The translations under genes and the position numbers were made by a program. From positions 256,001-320,000 of the forward strand of contig CAWHAA010000007.1 of assembly GCA_963827275.1 (NCBI GenBank): a stretch of DNA of 64,000 nucleotides. The letters run 5' to 3'. The DNA is from an uncultured Spirochaetota bacterium (lineage in GTDB: Bacteria; Spirochaetota; UBA4802; UBA5550). Below, piece by piece: positions 43,923-52,969 of this stretch (position 1 is its first letter; each line of letters begins with the position of its first letter). Below the pieces are notes generated by a model. The model saw only the letters and a list, made by a program, of their open reading frames with translations. It made no database searches and was not told where the DNA came from.

Positions 43923-45460
43923 TGAAGGGAGTGGAATCGGTACTCGGGAAAGGCTTCGGCATATATTTCGCCTTCGTCGATCCCTCGTTCATGCTGATTT
44001 TTTCGGATGATTCCATCTGCAAATACCTCGGCACGGGCGACATCCCCGGGCCAGTCCGCCTTGAAGAAGTCTTTCCGGAAATAGTCGGCCTCGAGGACGA
44101 GATCGGCAGGGTCATTTCCGGCGGGAAATCCCGGTTCACCATCAACACGATCACCCGCTTCCCTGAGAGGGACATATATTTCAATCTCAATTTTGTCAGT
44201 CCCGGACCGGGTGAAAACGGGTGTCTCCTCGTCCTCGAGGACGTGACCCTGGCCAGCATCTCCCTGCGCAATGTACAGCAGAAAAGGAATGAGCTGCTGC
44301 TGAAGAACCAGGAGCTCATTCAGCGCGAAGAATTTATCCGCACCCTCCTCAACACCATACCGAACCCGATCTATTACAAGGACATGGAGGGGAGATATAT
44401 CGGCTGCAACAGGGCGTTCAGTGAGCTCGCCGGCAGGCCGGAGGACCATATCATCGGTATGACCGCGACGGACATCTGGGGGCCCGAACGGGCCTCGCTT
44501 CTTGACGCAATGGACGGCAGGCTGCTTGAGCAAAAAGGGGGCCAGGCGTTCGAAACCTCCATCACCGACCTCGGGGGGGCGTTGCGTCACGTGGTGGTCA
44601 ACAAAGCGCTGTTTTCGGGTGCGGACGGGGGCCCGGCGGGCATAGTCGGCGTCTTCAATGACATCACCGCGCTGAGAAAGGTCATGGAAGACCTGGCGAG
44701 GAGCGAGCATGAGCTCCAGAAGCGGAACAGGGCGATGGAGCGGAGCCTTGTCATGGCGCGCAGGACCATGGCCGCCATCATGCAGGAAAAAATGCCGTCG
44801 TCGGAACACCTTGATATACATTGCCGGTTCCTGCCGCTCGAGGGCATAGGCGGGGATTATTGCAGCGTCACCGTGACCGGCGATTCAACGTCGGTTTTCA
44901 TATGTGATATTTCGGGACACGGGATAACCGCCGCCCTGTTCATCATGATGATAAAATATATTTCTGAACGCCTCATGGAAGTGTACGGGGGCGACCCGGC
45001 GGAATTCCTGGCAAAGCTCAACAGCGAGGTGAACTCGTACGGCCATTCGTATTACGTCACCGGACAGTACGGTATCTTTACGTTAGGCGCCAAAAAAAAG
45101 TTTGTCTATTCGAGCGGCGGGCATCCCAGGCCGGTACTGGTGAAACGCGGCGGCACGGCATCATTTCTGGATTGCACGGGCAAAGCGATAGGGATAATAA
45201 GGGACAGCAGCTTTGAGCGCATGGAGGTGGAACTGGAAACCGGGGACATGCTTTTTTTCTACACTGACGGGATTCCTGAAGCCAGGAACCATGCGGACGA
45301 AGCCATGGGGTTCGACAATACGCTGCTTCAGCTGTTTTCCCGTTCCATCAGGCGGACACTCCCGGAAACGATGGACGCGGTGATAGACGAGGTCAATGCC
45401 TATTGCGGCGGTATTGAATTCAATGATGATGTGCTCCTGCTCGGGTTTGAGGTGTTATAA
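43919..45460 (+). CDS. PAS-like + PAS + SpoIIE/PP2C Ser phosphatase
   Basis: GGDY, DISGHG, GHP, YTDG, DD motifs; ATGA overlap with the GTPase stop. Confidence 0.9.
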   Translation: MMKGVESVLGKGFGIYFAFVDPSFMLIFSDDSICKYLGTGDIPGPVRLEEVFPEIVGLEDEIGRVISGGKSRFTINTITRFPERDIYFNLNFVSPGPGENGCLLVLEDVTLASISLRNVQQKRNELLLKNQELIQREEFIRTLLNTIPNPIYYKDMEGRYIGCNRAFSELAGRPEDHIIGMTATDIWGPERASLLDAMDGRLLEQKGGQAFETSITDLGGALRHVVVNKALFSGADGGPAGIVGVFNDITALRKVMEDLARSEHELQKRNRAMERSLVMARRTMAAIMQEKMPSSEHLDIHCRFLPLEGIGGDYCSVTVTGDSTSVFICDISGHGITAALFIMMIKYISERLMEVYGGDPAEFLAKLNSEVNSYGHSYYVTGQYGIFTLGAKKKFVYSSGGHPRPVLVKRGGTASFLDCTGKAIGIIRDSSFERMEVELETGDMLFFYTDGIPEARNHADEAMGFDNTLLQLFSRSIRRTLPETMDAVIDEVNAYCGGIEFNDDVLLLGFEVL

Positions 45461-45480
45461 TTTTGATGGAACAATAACGT

Positions 45481-46752
45481 ATGGTACACACGTTTACAAG
45501 GGAAATGACGCTCCCGGGGCGTTTCGCCTTCGGCAAGACGGGCCTGGTCATGCTGGCGTTCATGTTTTGCGCCCTGCATTGCGATTCCGGCAGGCAGCTC
45601 AGGGAAAAAGATGAGCTGGGCATGCATATCCGGAGCGCGGTTGACAATAATGTCCCCGTCGCCGTACGGGACGCGCTCGATGAAGGCTTTAACGCAGACC
45701 ATGTCTTCACAGATGGGTGGAGGCTCCTGCATGTGGCGGCGAAATGGGACGAGGGGAGGGTGCTGCGCCTCTGCTTTGATGCGGGGAGCGGAATAACAAC
45801 CGCCGGCGTCAGTGCGGCGCGCAATACCGGCAGTGTCAGAGAGCGGTCAGGGGAAATTGTCTCTCTCCTGATCGGGAAACGGGCTGACGTAAATGGCAAG
45901 ACGGCAGAGGGGGCGACCCCGCTGCATATTGCGGTTGCATCGCTCAAGCGCGATGTAACAGATTTCCCCTCTATTTCTCCCGTGGAGGGCAGGATTTCGT
46001 CACGCTTCGGGTGGCGCGGCTCCCCGTTTGACAACAACAGCGATTATCACCGCGGCCTGGACATAAGCGCCAGGAACGGCACCCCGGTCCGCGCCGCCGC
46101 GGACGGCATTGTTGCCATGACCGGCATGAACGATACGGCCGGGAATTATATCGTATTACAGCACCGCGAGGGGGTCCAGTCGCTATACGGGCACTGCCAT
46201 CTTTTCGCGGTGCGGAAGAACGCCCGCGTCAGGCGGGGCGCCATTATCGGGTATGTCGGGAGCTCCGGCGCGGTAAGCGGCGACCACTGCCACTACGAGG
46301 TGCGTGTCAACGGCGCGCCCGTTGATCCTCTCGCATATATCAATCAGAAAGAACGATGCGATGTCCAGCACGGGATTGTGAGCGCCCTGGTCGGGGCGCT
46401 GCTGTCGCATAAAGCGGCGGTCAACGCGAGGGACGGCGACGGCAGGACGGCGCTCATCGAGTGCGCCGGCAAAAGCGACGCTATCTCCCGCCTCCTGGTC
46501 GAGCATGGCGCCGACATCAACGCGCAGGACGACAGCGGCATTTCGCCCCTTCATGAGGCAGCCGCGTTTGACGAGGGGCTGGTCCGCTATCTCATCGAGA
46601 AGGGCGCCCGCGCCACTGCCAGGACAAGCTGCGAATATTGCGCCATCGGCGGCCAGATCTATCGCTCCAGCACCAGCCCGCTTACCGTTGCACTGAAGAG
46701 CGGCAACACTGCGATCGCTGAGTTGTTGAAGCGCAATGGTGCAGTAGAATAG
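45481..46752 (+). CDS. Ankyrin-repeat protein with an embedded M23 peptidase domain, possible lipoprotein
   Basis: GATPLH, GRTAL and GISPLH ankyrin repeats flank HRGLD..HCHYEV. Confidence 0.8.
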   Translation: MVHTFTREMTLPGRFAFGKTGLVMLAFMFCALHCDSGRQLREKDELGMHIRSAVDNNVPVAVRDALDEGFNADHVFTDGWRLLHVAAKWDEGRVLRLCFDAGSGITTAGVSAARNTGSVRERSGEIVSLLIGKRADVNGKTAEGATPLHIAVASLKRDVTDFPSISPVEGRISSRFGWRGSPFDNNSDYHRGLDISARNGTPVRAAADGIVAMTGMNDTAGNYIVLQHREGVQSLYGHCHLFAVRKNARVRRGAIIGYVGSSGAVSGDHCHYEVRVNGAPVDPLAYINQKERCDVQHGIVSALVGALLSHKAAVNARDGDGRTALIECAGKSDAISRLLVEHGADINAQDDSGISPLHEAAAFDEGLVRYLIEKGARATARTSCEYCAIGGQIYRSSTSPLTVALKSGNTAIAELLKRNGAVE

Positions 46753-46989
46753 CTCCAGCCCTCCCTTCCCCGGGATAATAATCCTGGTAACCACCCGATT
46801 TTCTTTTGTACACATTCAGACAGGGACATTTTAAAAACGACATTTTATTAAAATATGTCGGAAATAACCCCGCAATGTTTTTATGGTTTTTATTTGAACA
46901 TATACAATTTTTAGTAAATTATATATATCTCATGATTCGACATTAACTATAGGGATAACTATAGTGTTTTACTATATAGTTGAAATGTA

Positions 46990-49230
46990 ATGCCGGGAAC
47001 CAACATGACAGCATCGAAAGATATTAAGAAGAAGCTTTTCATAAAGCTGTATTCAGAGAGCGATTCCAGGCTCCTGGTGCCGGGCAGTGAACGTGCCATG
47101 GAGCTGATACAGAATATCCAGCGTGATGACATCAGGAAAATATATGTCATTGCTTCAAGCCAGTCAATATCCCTGCCGTACCTGCACCTTTTTAAAAAGC
47201 AGATCCCCTGGCTCATGACACGGGAACTGCTCCTGGAGAAGGTAGAGCGCCGGGACATATATACGATAAAGTCGATTATTGACGACATCAATGCATCCAT
47301 CAAGACAGACCTGGGATGCGAGATCATTTTGTTCAACGGGAGCATTGCCGGTGTTATCCTGGCATGCTTCTACGTGAACGCGGGCAAGGACCCCGCGCGT
47401 GCAATCGAGCAGGTCAGGAGGACCATGCCGAACGTTCTCCTCTCGGGAAACGACATTTCATTCATCAACGAATTCGGCACGTTCGTCACTGAAGCCCCCG
47501 CCGCATCACCGGGACTTCGCGCCGCGGCGGGGCCGCGTCCAGCCGGGACAGTTGCGGCGCCGATACCGGTGAAAGGGGCGGTCCGGGAGCGTGAGAGCGG
47601 CGAGGTAGATGAGTTCGATTCGTTCCGGCGCCTCATCGACCGGCCGGAGCCGGCGGGCATGCTGATCCGTTTCAGGATCGCGACAAAGATTGTCGCACTG
47701 GTGGCGCTCCTCATCATGGTTTCACTGTCGTTGATGATCTTCCTCGGGACCGCCTCGTTCAAGCAGGACAGCCGGTCAAGGGTAAACGACACCAACGCCA
47801 TGACGGCCCGGTTGATCGGCGAGAGGCTGCAGGATGAGATCGCCTCTTCCATTGACAGGGCCCGCATCGCCGCGGAGATTTCCTCGGCCGGCCGGTCGTC
47901 CGGCAGCAGCGGGGACGTAATAAAAAGCATGCTGTTCGGTGACAGGGGCAATTTCATCTTCCTTGGCATAGCCGGAAGGGAGGGAAGTGAGTTCACGTTC
48001 AAAAAGGCTTTTTATAATGAAGAGTATATCGATAATAACCAGGTCTCCAAAGAGGCAATCCGGGCCCTGAACAGGAAAAATGCCGCGCATTTCACGCAAT
48101 CATTTGATAAAAAGATAGTCATACGCAACGTGTCGCCCGACGCGGGGACCCCGCTCCTGGGAATAAGTTTTCCGTACCGGGAAAAGGGCGGTGCGGTGAC
48201 GGCTGTAATCGTGTGCCATGTCCCGCTTGACCGTTTCATGGAAGCGTCGAGGATCTCCGGACCGGCGCGGACCTTCATGGTTAACGACAGCGGCGATTGC
48301 GTTGTTGACCCCGAGCGGAACAGGGTCCTTTCGAGGATGAACATGGCCGATGTCCCGATAGTCAAAAAGATGCTGCTCAGCACCGCGGGCAGCGGGACGA
48401 TGCGCTACCGGGACAGAGAGGGCCTGTATCACCTGGGGTCCTACAACAAGCTTGATATGTTCGGCCTGGGCGTTGTCGTCACCGCGGCGGAAGGCCCGGT
48501 GCTGCGCGGCGTGTACGATATCCAGAGGAGGAACTTCATCATCCTGGCGATCGTCCTGGTCGCAGCGGTGCTTGGCGCGTTTATATTCTCCAAGACGCTG
48601 TCGGCCCCCATCGACGAGCTGAACCGGCTTGCGGTTGCGGCGCCCCCGGGGGCGCTGAAGCTTTCCGCCCCCGCTGAAGGCGATGAGATATTTTACCTGA
48701 CGCACTCCTTCCGGGAAGTGCTCCGCTCATATCTCGATTCGCAGGCGCGGCCCGCTGATTACCGGCGGGCCGAACAGCCCGCTGCCGGTGAAACGGCTGG
48801 CGGCGCGGGGATGGCTGAGCCGGGACCCGCGCGTGACGCGATGACCCAGCATTTCAGCACCGAAGGCCTGAAGATCCAGGTCACCTATGACGGCCCGGAA
48901 GTCTCCATGATCTGGATGGGGAGGGGGAACATGGGGAACCCCGGCGAGCTGCTCAATCCCTATCTTGAAGGGATCATAAACTCCATGCGGGGAAGGGAGC
49001 TCACCTGCGATTTTTCCTCGCTCGAGACGATGAATGCCCAGATCGTCCAGTCCATCATCAAGTTCGCGCATATAGTGGATGAAAACCGCATACGGGCCAG
49101 ATTCGTCTATAACAAGTCGATCGACTGGCAGGACGCTTCGTTTGAGGCGCTGAGCGCTGTCGTGAGCGAGATGGATACAATATCCCTTGACGGCAGAATG
49201 CTGGAAAAGAACATGTTTATTTTGCAGTAA
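46990..49230 (+). CDS. Membrane sensor: degenerate PTP/DSP-like N domain, TM-dCache-TM, degenerate HAMP, SiaC/STAS-like C domain
   Basis: LACFYV..G.DP..AIEQVR; two TMs around a ~270-aa Cache-like region; DFSSLETMN..Y..DWQ..SF.AL. Confidence 0.55.
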   Translation: MPGTNMTASKDIKKKLFIKLYSESDSRLLVPGSERAMELIQNIQRDDIRKIYVIASSQSISLPYLHLFKKQIPWLMTRELLLEKVERRDIYTIKSIIDDINASIKTDLGCEIILFNGSIAGVILACFYVNAGKDPARAIEQVRRTMPNVLLSGNDISFINEFGTFVTEAPAASPGLRAAAGPRPAGTVAAPIPVKGAVRERESGEVDEFDSFRRLIDRPEPAGMLIRFRIATKIVALVALLIMVSLSLMIFLGTASFKQDSRSRVNDTNAMTARLIGERLQDEIASSIDRARIAAEISSAGRSSGSSGDVIKSMLFGDRGNFIFLGIAGREGSEFTFKKAFYNEEYIDNNQVSKEAIRALNRKNAAHFTQSFDKKIVIRNVSPDAGTPLLGISFPYREKGGAVTAVIVCHVPLDRFMEASRISGPARTFMVNDSGDCVVDPERNRVLSRMNMADVPIVKKMLLSTAGSGTMRYRDREGLYHLGSYNKLDMFGLGVVVTAAEGPVLRGVYDIQRRNFIILAIVLVAAVLGAFIFSKTLSAPIDELNRLAVAAPPGALKLSAPAEGDEIFYLTHSFREVLRSYLDSQARPADYRRAEQPAAGETAGGAGMAEPGPARDAMTQHFSTEGLKIQVTYDGPEVSMIWMGRGNMGNPGELLNPYLEGIINSMRGRELTCDFSSLETMNAQIVQSIIKFAHIVDENRIRARFVYNKSIDWQDASFEALSAVVSEMDTISLDGRMLEKNMFILQ

Positions 49231-49252
49231 CCGGGAAAGGTGAACCATCGGT

Positions 49253-49639
49253 ATGAATTTGTATGCGAGATTACATAAATGGGAAAAGGCATTGTTAGTG
49301 GTATGCCTTGTTCTGTTTTTTTCACTCGTGACCCTGCTGTATTTTGATTTAAAGAAAGATTGTGAAAGGTCTGCGCGCGAGCTCGGGATTATCGGTAAAG
49401 TCATTTTTATTGAAAATGATGTCAGCCGTAAATACTCTCATGCCACTGCCGGGGCAGGATTGCAGCAGGGGAGCGACATACTGTACAACGACAGCATCAC
49501 AACCGGCCTAGATTCTTCAGCCGGTATCGCGCTGAAGGACGACACACTGATCGAGTTGTGTGAGGATTCAATTGTGACATTCGGCCTGTCAGGCAACGAG
49601 ATACTGGTGAATCTTGAAAAGGGATGCGCGGGCGTAAAT
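49253..49639 (+). pseudogene. N-terminal fragment of a TM-FecR-domain protein, cut at the junction
   Basis: TM segment, then IGKV..NDV.RK..YNDSITTG.DSSA.I.L.D.T.IEL.EDS..VNLEKG (first half of a FecR domain). Confidence 0.7.
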
Positions 49640-51523
49640 GAGCCGTTGATCCAGACCGCTTTCACTGCCATTGCGCTGGCTGTTGCCGCCATACCCGAAG
49701 GTTTGCCTGCGGTAGTTACGGTAACGCTGGCGCTGGGTATGCACCGCATGGCTGGTCAACGCGCCATCGTCAAGCGTCTTGCGGCCGTGGAAACGCTAGG
49801 GTGTACCACCGTAATATGCACCGACAAGACCGGCACTTTGACGGTCAACCAAATGACCGCCCGGTCGCTTTTCTATAAAGGCCGGAGCTATAACGTGACG
49901 GGTGAAGGGTATCATGTGAGCGGGGAAATTGTGCCGGTCACGGACAACGATGCGCCTGCCGGCATGAGCGATTTATTGCTACCGCTGGCTTTGTGTAATA
50001 ACAGCGAATTACAGGAAAATAAGGTGTTGGGCGATCCGATGGAAGGCGCGTTGCTGGCGCTGGCCGCTAAAGGTGGAATGACCAAAAAGGAAGCTATTGC
50101 CCAACTGCCGCGTATGGCTGAAATCCCTTTTGATGCCGAACACAAATTCATGGCGACATTCCACCATCATGATGATGGCATGAAAATATTCATTAAGGGT
50201 GCGCCCGAAGTATTGCTTGACCTATGTGGCTTCAATCTTGATGAACAGGGTAATACTGTGGCTATTCAAAAAGAGCGTATCCTGGAACACAATGCGGGCA
50301 TGGCAAGTACCGGACTCCGGGTATTGGCTGTTGCCGTCACGCACATTAAGTTACCCCGGCAGGAAGAAGCTTCTAAAGAAATGGATTTAGCAGTAGTAAA
50401 CGGTGATTTATTTAAATATATACAAGGACTTACCTTTGTCGCGCTGGTCGGCCTGATGGACCCGCCGAGAGCGGAAGCGCGTGAAGCTATCACGCTTTGT
50501 AAACAGGCAGGTATTGCCGTCAAGATGATTACCGGCGATCAAAAAATAACCGCAACGGCGATTGCCGGCGAATTGGGACTGACAGGCGACGTCATTGAAG
50601 GCGCGGAATTGGCTGCCATGGATGACAACACCTTGGCCGCTTGTATCAATTCCATCTCAGTGTTCGCTCGCACTGCGCCCGAACAGAAAGTACGCATTAT
50701 CAAAGCCTTAAAACTGGATGGGCATATTGTCGCGATGACCGGCGATGGCGTCAACGATGCGCCGGCGCTCAAGAGCGCGGACATTGGCATAGCAATGGGT
50801 ATCACCGGCACCGATGTTGCGCGGGAAGCGGCGGCCATGATTCTGACCGATGACAACTTCGCCACGATAGTTAAAGCTGTCAAGGAAGGCCGGGGTATTT
50901 ACGAAAACATGATCAAATTTGTCCGTTTTCAGCTGTCCACCAATATCGGCGCAATTCTGACAGTAGCCGGCGCCCCCTTATTGGGTATGCCCGTACCGTT
51001 CACCGCCGTGCAATTGTTATGGATAAACATCATTATGGATGGTCCGCCCGCGATGTCGCTAGGGGTTGACCCCATCAGCCCAGACAGCATGAACGAAGCG
51101 CCGCGTGATCCCGATGCGCGGATATTGTCATGGCGGCGCTTCGGTAATCTTTTTAGCTATGGCTTGACCATGGCTATCGGTACGCTGGGCGTTTTATTTT
51201 ATGGCTTGAAGACCGGCGAAACCAGCCATGCCACTACGCTGGCTTTTAACACGTTTGTGCTGTTCCAGATCTTCAACGTTTTTAATGCCCGCTCGGAAAA
51301 AGGCAGCGCCTTTAATGGACATTTCTTTGCCAATAAAATGTTCTGGCTGGCAATCGCCTCGGTGACGTTGCTACAAATACCCGTTATTCATTGGCCACCT
51401 GCTCAGTCCATATTCCATACCACCGCATTAACACCCACGGATTGGATCATTGCAGCAGGTGTTGCGTCATCGGTATTAACTTTTGAGGAATTGCGTAAAT
51501 TGTTATCGAGGCAAAAGCATTAG
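49640..51523 (+). pseudogene. C-terminal ~627 aa of a type II cation-transporting P-type ATPase (no TM1-3 or actuator domain), fused in frame to the FecR fragment
   Basis: IPEGLP, DKTGTLT, KGAPE, DPPR, TGD and GDGVNDAP are present; TGES is absent. Confidence 0.85.
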
Positions 51524-51581
51524 TGCATGTTACTTTGGAACGTGCATGAAATAACTTGAACATCTTACCCCCTCTCCCTCC

Positions 51582-52904
51582 CTTACAAGTGTAGGTTTTT
51601 TCACTCACCGCCTCCCGCCACGCAATTAGCCAAAGGCGTTTCGTAGCTATCGGGCAGCCTGGGCCATGTTTCCGGTCGGCCAGGTTTAACGGGGAGAAGT
51701 TGATGGTTAAGCAAAGCTGCAATAATCAATGACCAACCGTGTTGGAAAATACCTATTATCCGCCAACGTTTTCCGCGTCGCCTTACCGCACCTGGAACCG
51801 AAGGTTCTTTGATGTCCAAGGGCGTGTCGGCTTGAGCTTCCGCTTCACCACCGACAGACAACAGCCACCACGTGGCTATAGCAATCGCCATCCATAATCG
51901 CTCTGCACGGGCCGGGTCATCCATGCGCGTGTGTTGCCACTGCCAACCACTCCGTTTACTGTGTTTGAAGCCTTGTTCTATCCAGGCTCTCAAACCGTAC
52001 CAGCAGGCATCTGCGCAGTCGGGAGCCAAATCGGTTAGCACCAGCCAAGGGTCTTGATGTTCTTCGCCCCAGTAGCCCAGCAGCGTGCAGCGCAATTGGC
52101 TTTTCTTGCCCTTAAATGCGGTTCCCCGTCCCTGCCAACGTCGGCCCTTGGCAGGCACCCAGTAGGAAAACGGCTTCCAGTGATACCAGCCTTCGCGACG
52201 AAACGTGCCTTGGCCGTTGACACGCAGAAACGGATGCCATTTTAGTTCGACGATGGCTTCAAACAACCACTTCGCGTATAAGCCACGATCCGCCAACACA
52301 ATGACTGTCCAGCCTTTGGGCACAAGACCTTTAAACCGCTTCAACAACGCCTTCCACTCCGGCTTCCAGGCGTGCTTCTCCTCGGCCTTTAAAACTTTCC
52401 AGGCAACGGGCACGGCACAACCTCGATACACAACACTAATCGCCAGTACCACAAAACGATCCCCTAAACTCGTCGCATCCATGGCAATCGCTAACTGTTG
52501 ACCCGACCAGCCATCCAGTAGCCACGCCAGCCAAGGTGCCCAACATTCGGTAACATCGAGTTCGACGCGCTTCTTTCCAGCTTTGGCGTCCGCTTCCCGG
52601 TAAGTATCGCGCAGTCTTTCACGCACCGTATTGTATGACTGCCCCATGAGCGGTGCCAACACATCCGCCACAGCGGTTAAACTGCACGAGCGGGCAATGA
52701 CCATGCCGAAACTCCATAACGCCAGGCCCATAGCCTGCGGCTTGCTAAGCGAGGGAAATCGCATGACAACGGTGTCGATCCATTGGTATAGTTCTGGGTG
52801 GCGAGACATGGCGGTACCTCCGGTAGATGGATGTTGATGACACTCATCAATTTACCGCAACTCCATGTCTTGTCACACTTTTTTAAAAAACCTACACTTG
52901 TAAG
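51582..52904 (-). mobile_element. Insertion sequence, 1,323 bp, IS4-like DDE type
   Basis: Perfect 20-bp TIRs CTTACAAGTGTAGGTTTTTT / AAAAAACCTACACTTGTAAG; flanking direct repeat TCTCCCTCC (51573-51581, 52906-52914). Confidence 0.9.
51601..52809 (-). CDS. DDE transposase (IS4-like)
   Basis: IAMDAT, LADRGL and Y.LR.WIE..FK (YREK-type) motifs. Confidence 0.9.
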   Translation of the reverse strand: MSRHPELYQWIDTVVMRFPSLSKPQAMGLALWSFGMVIARSCSLTAVADVLAPLMGQSYNTVRERLRDTYREADAKAGKKRVELDVTECWAPWLAWLLDGWSGQQLAIAMDATSLGDRFVVLAISVVYRGCAVPVAWKVLKAEEKHAWKPEWKALLKRFKGLVPKGWTVIVLADRGLYAKWLFEAIVELKWHPFLRVNGQGTFRREGWYHWKPFSYWVPAKGRRWQGRGTAFKGKKSQLRCTLLGYWGEEHQDPWLVLTDLAPDCADACWYGLRAWIEQGFKHSKRSGWQWQHTRMDDPARAERLWMAIAIATWWLLSVGGEAEAQADTPLDIKEPSVPGAVRRRGKRWRIIGIFQHGWSLIIAALLNHQLLPVKPGRPETWPRLPDSYETPLANCVAGGGE

Positions 52905-52969
52905 TTCTCCCTCCGGGAGAGGGCCGGGGAGAGGGGACATAAATAATCAAGTTATTTCATGCGCGTTCA

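Larger units (their letters stand above)
51538..52968. mobile_element. MITE-like element with 22-bp terminal inverted repeats, interrupted by an IS
   Basis: GAACGTGCATGAAATAACTTGA (51538-51559) vs TCAAGTTATTTCATGCGCGTTC (52947-52968), 21/22 complementary; internal CCCCTCTCCC..GGGAGAGGGG palindrome. Confidence 0.65.

Noticed and set aside
49253..51523. Novel FecR-regulated P-type ATPase
   Set aside because: Both halves are truncated, the actuator domain is missing, and the join coincides with a change in sequence character.
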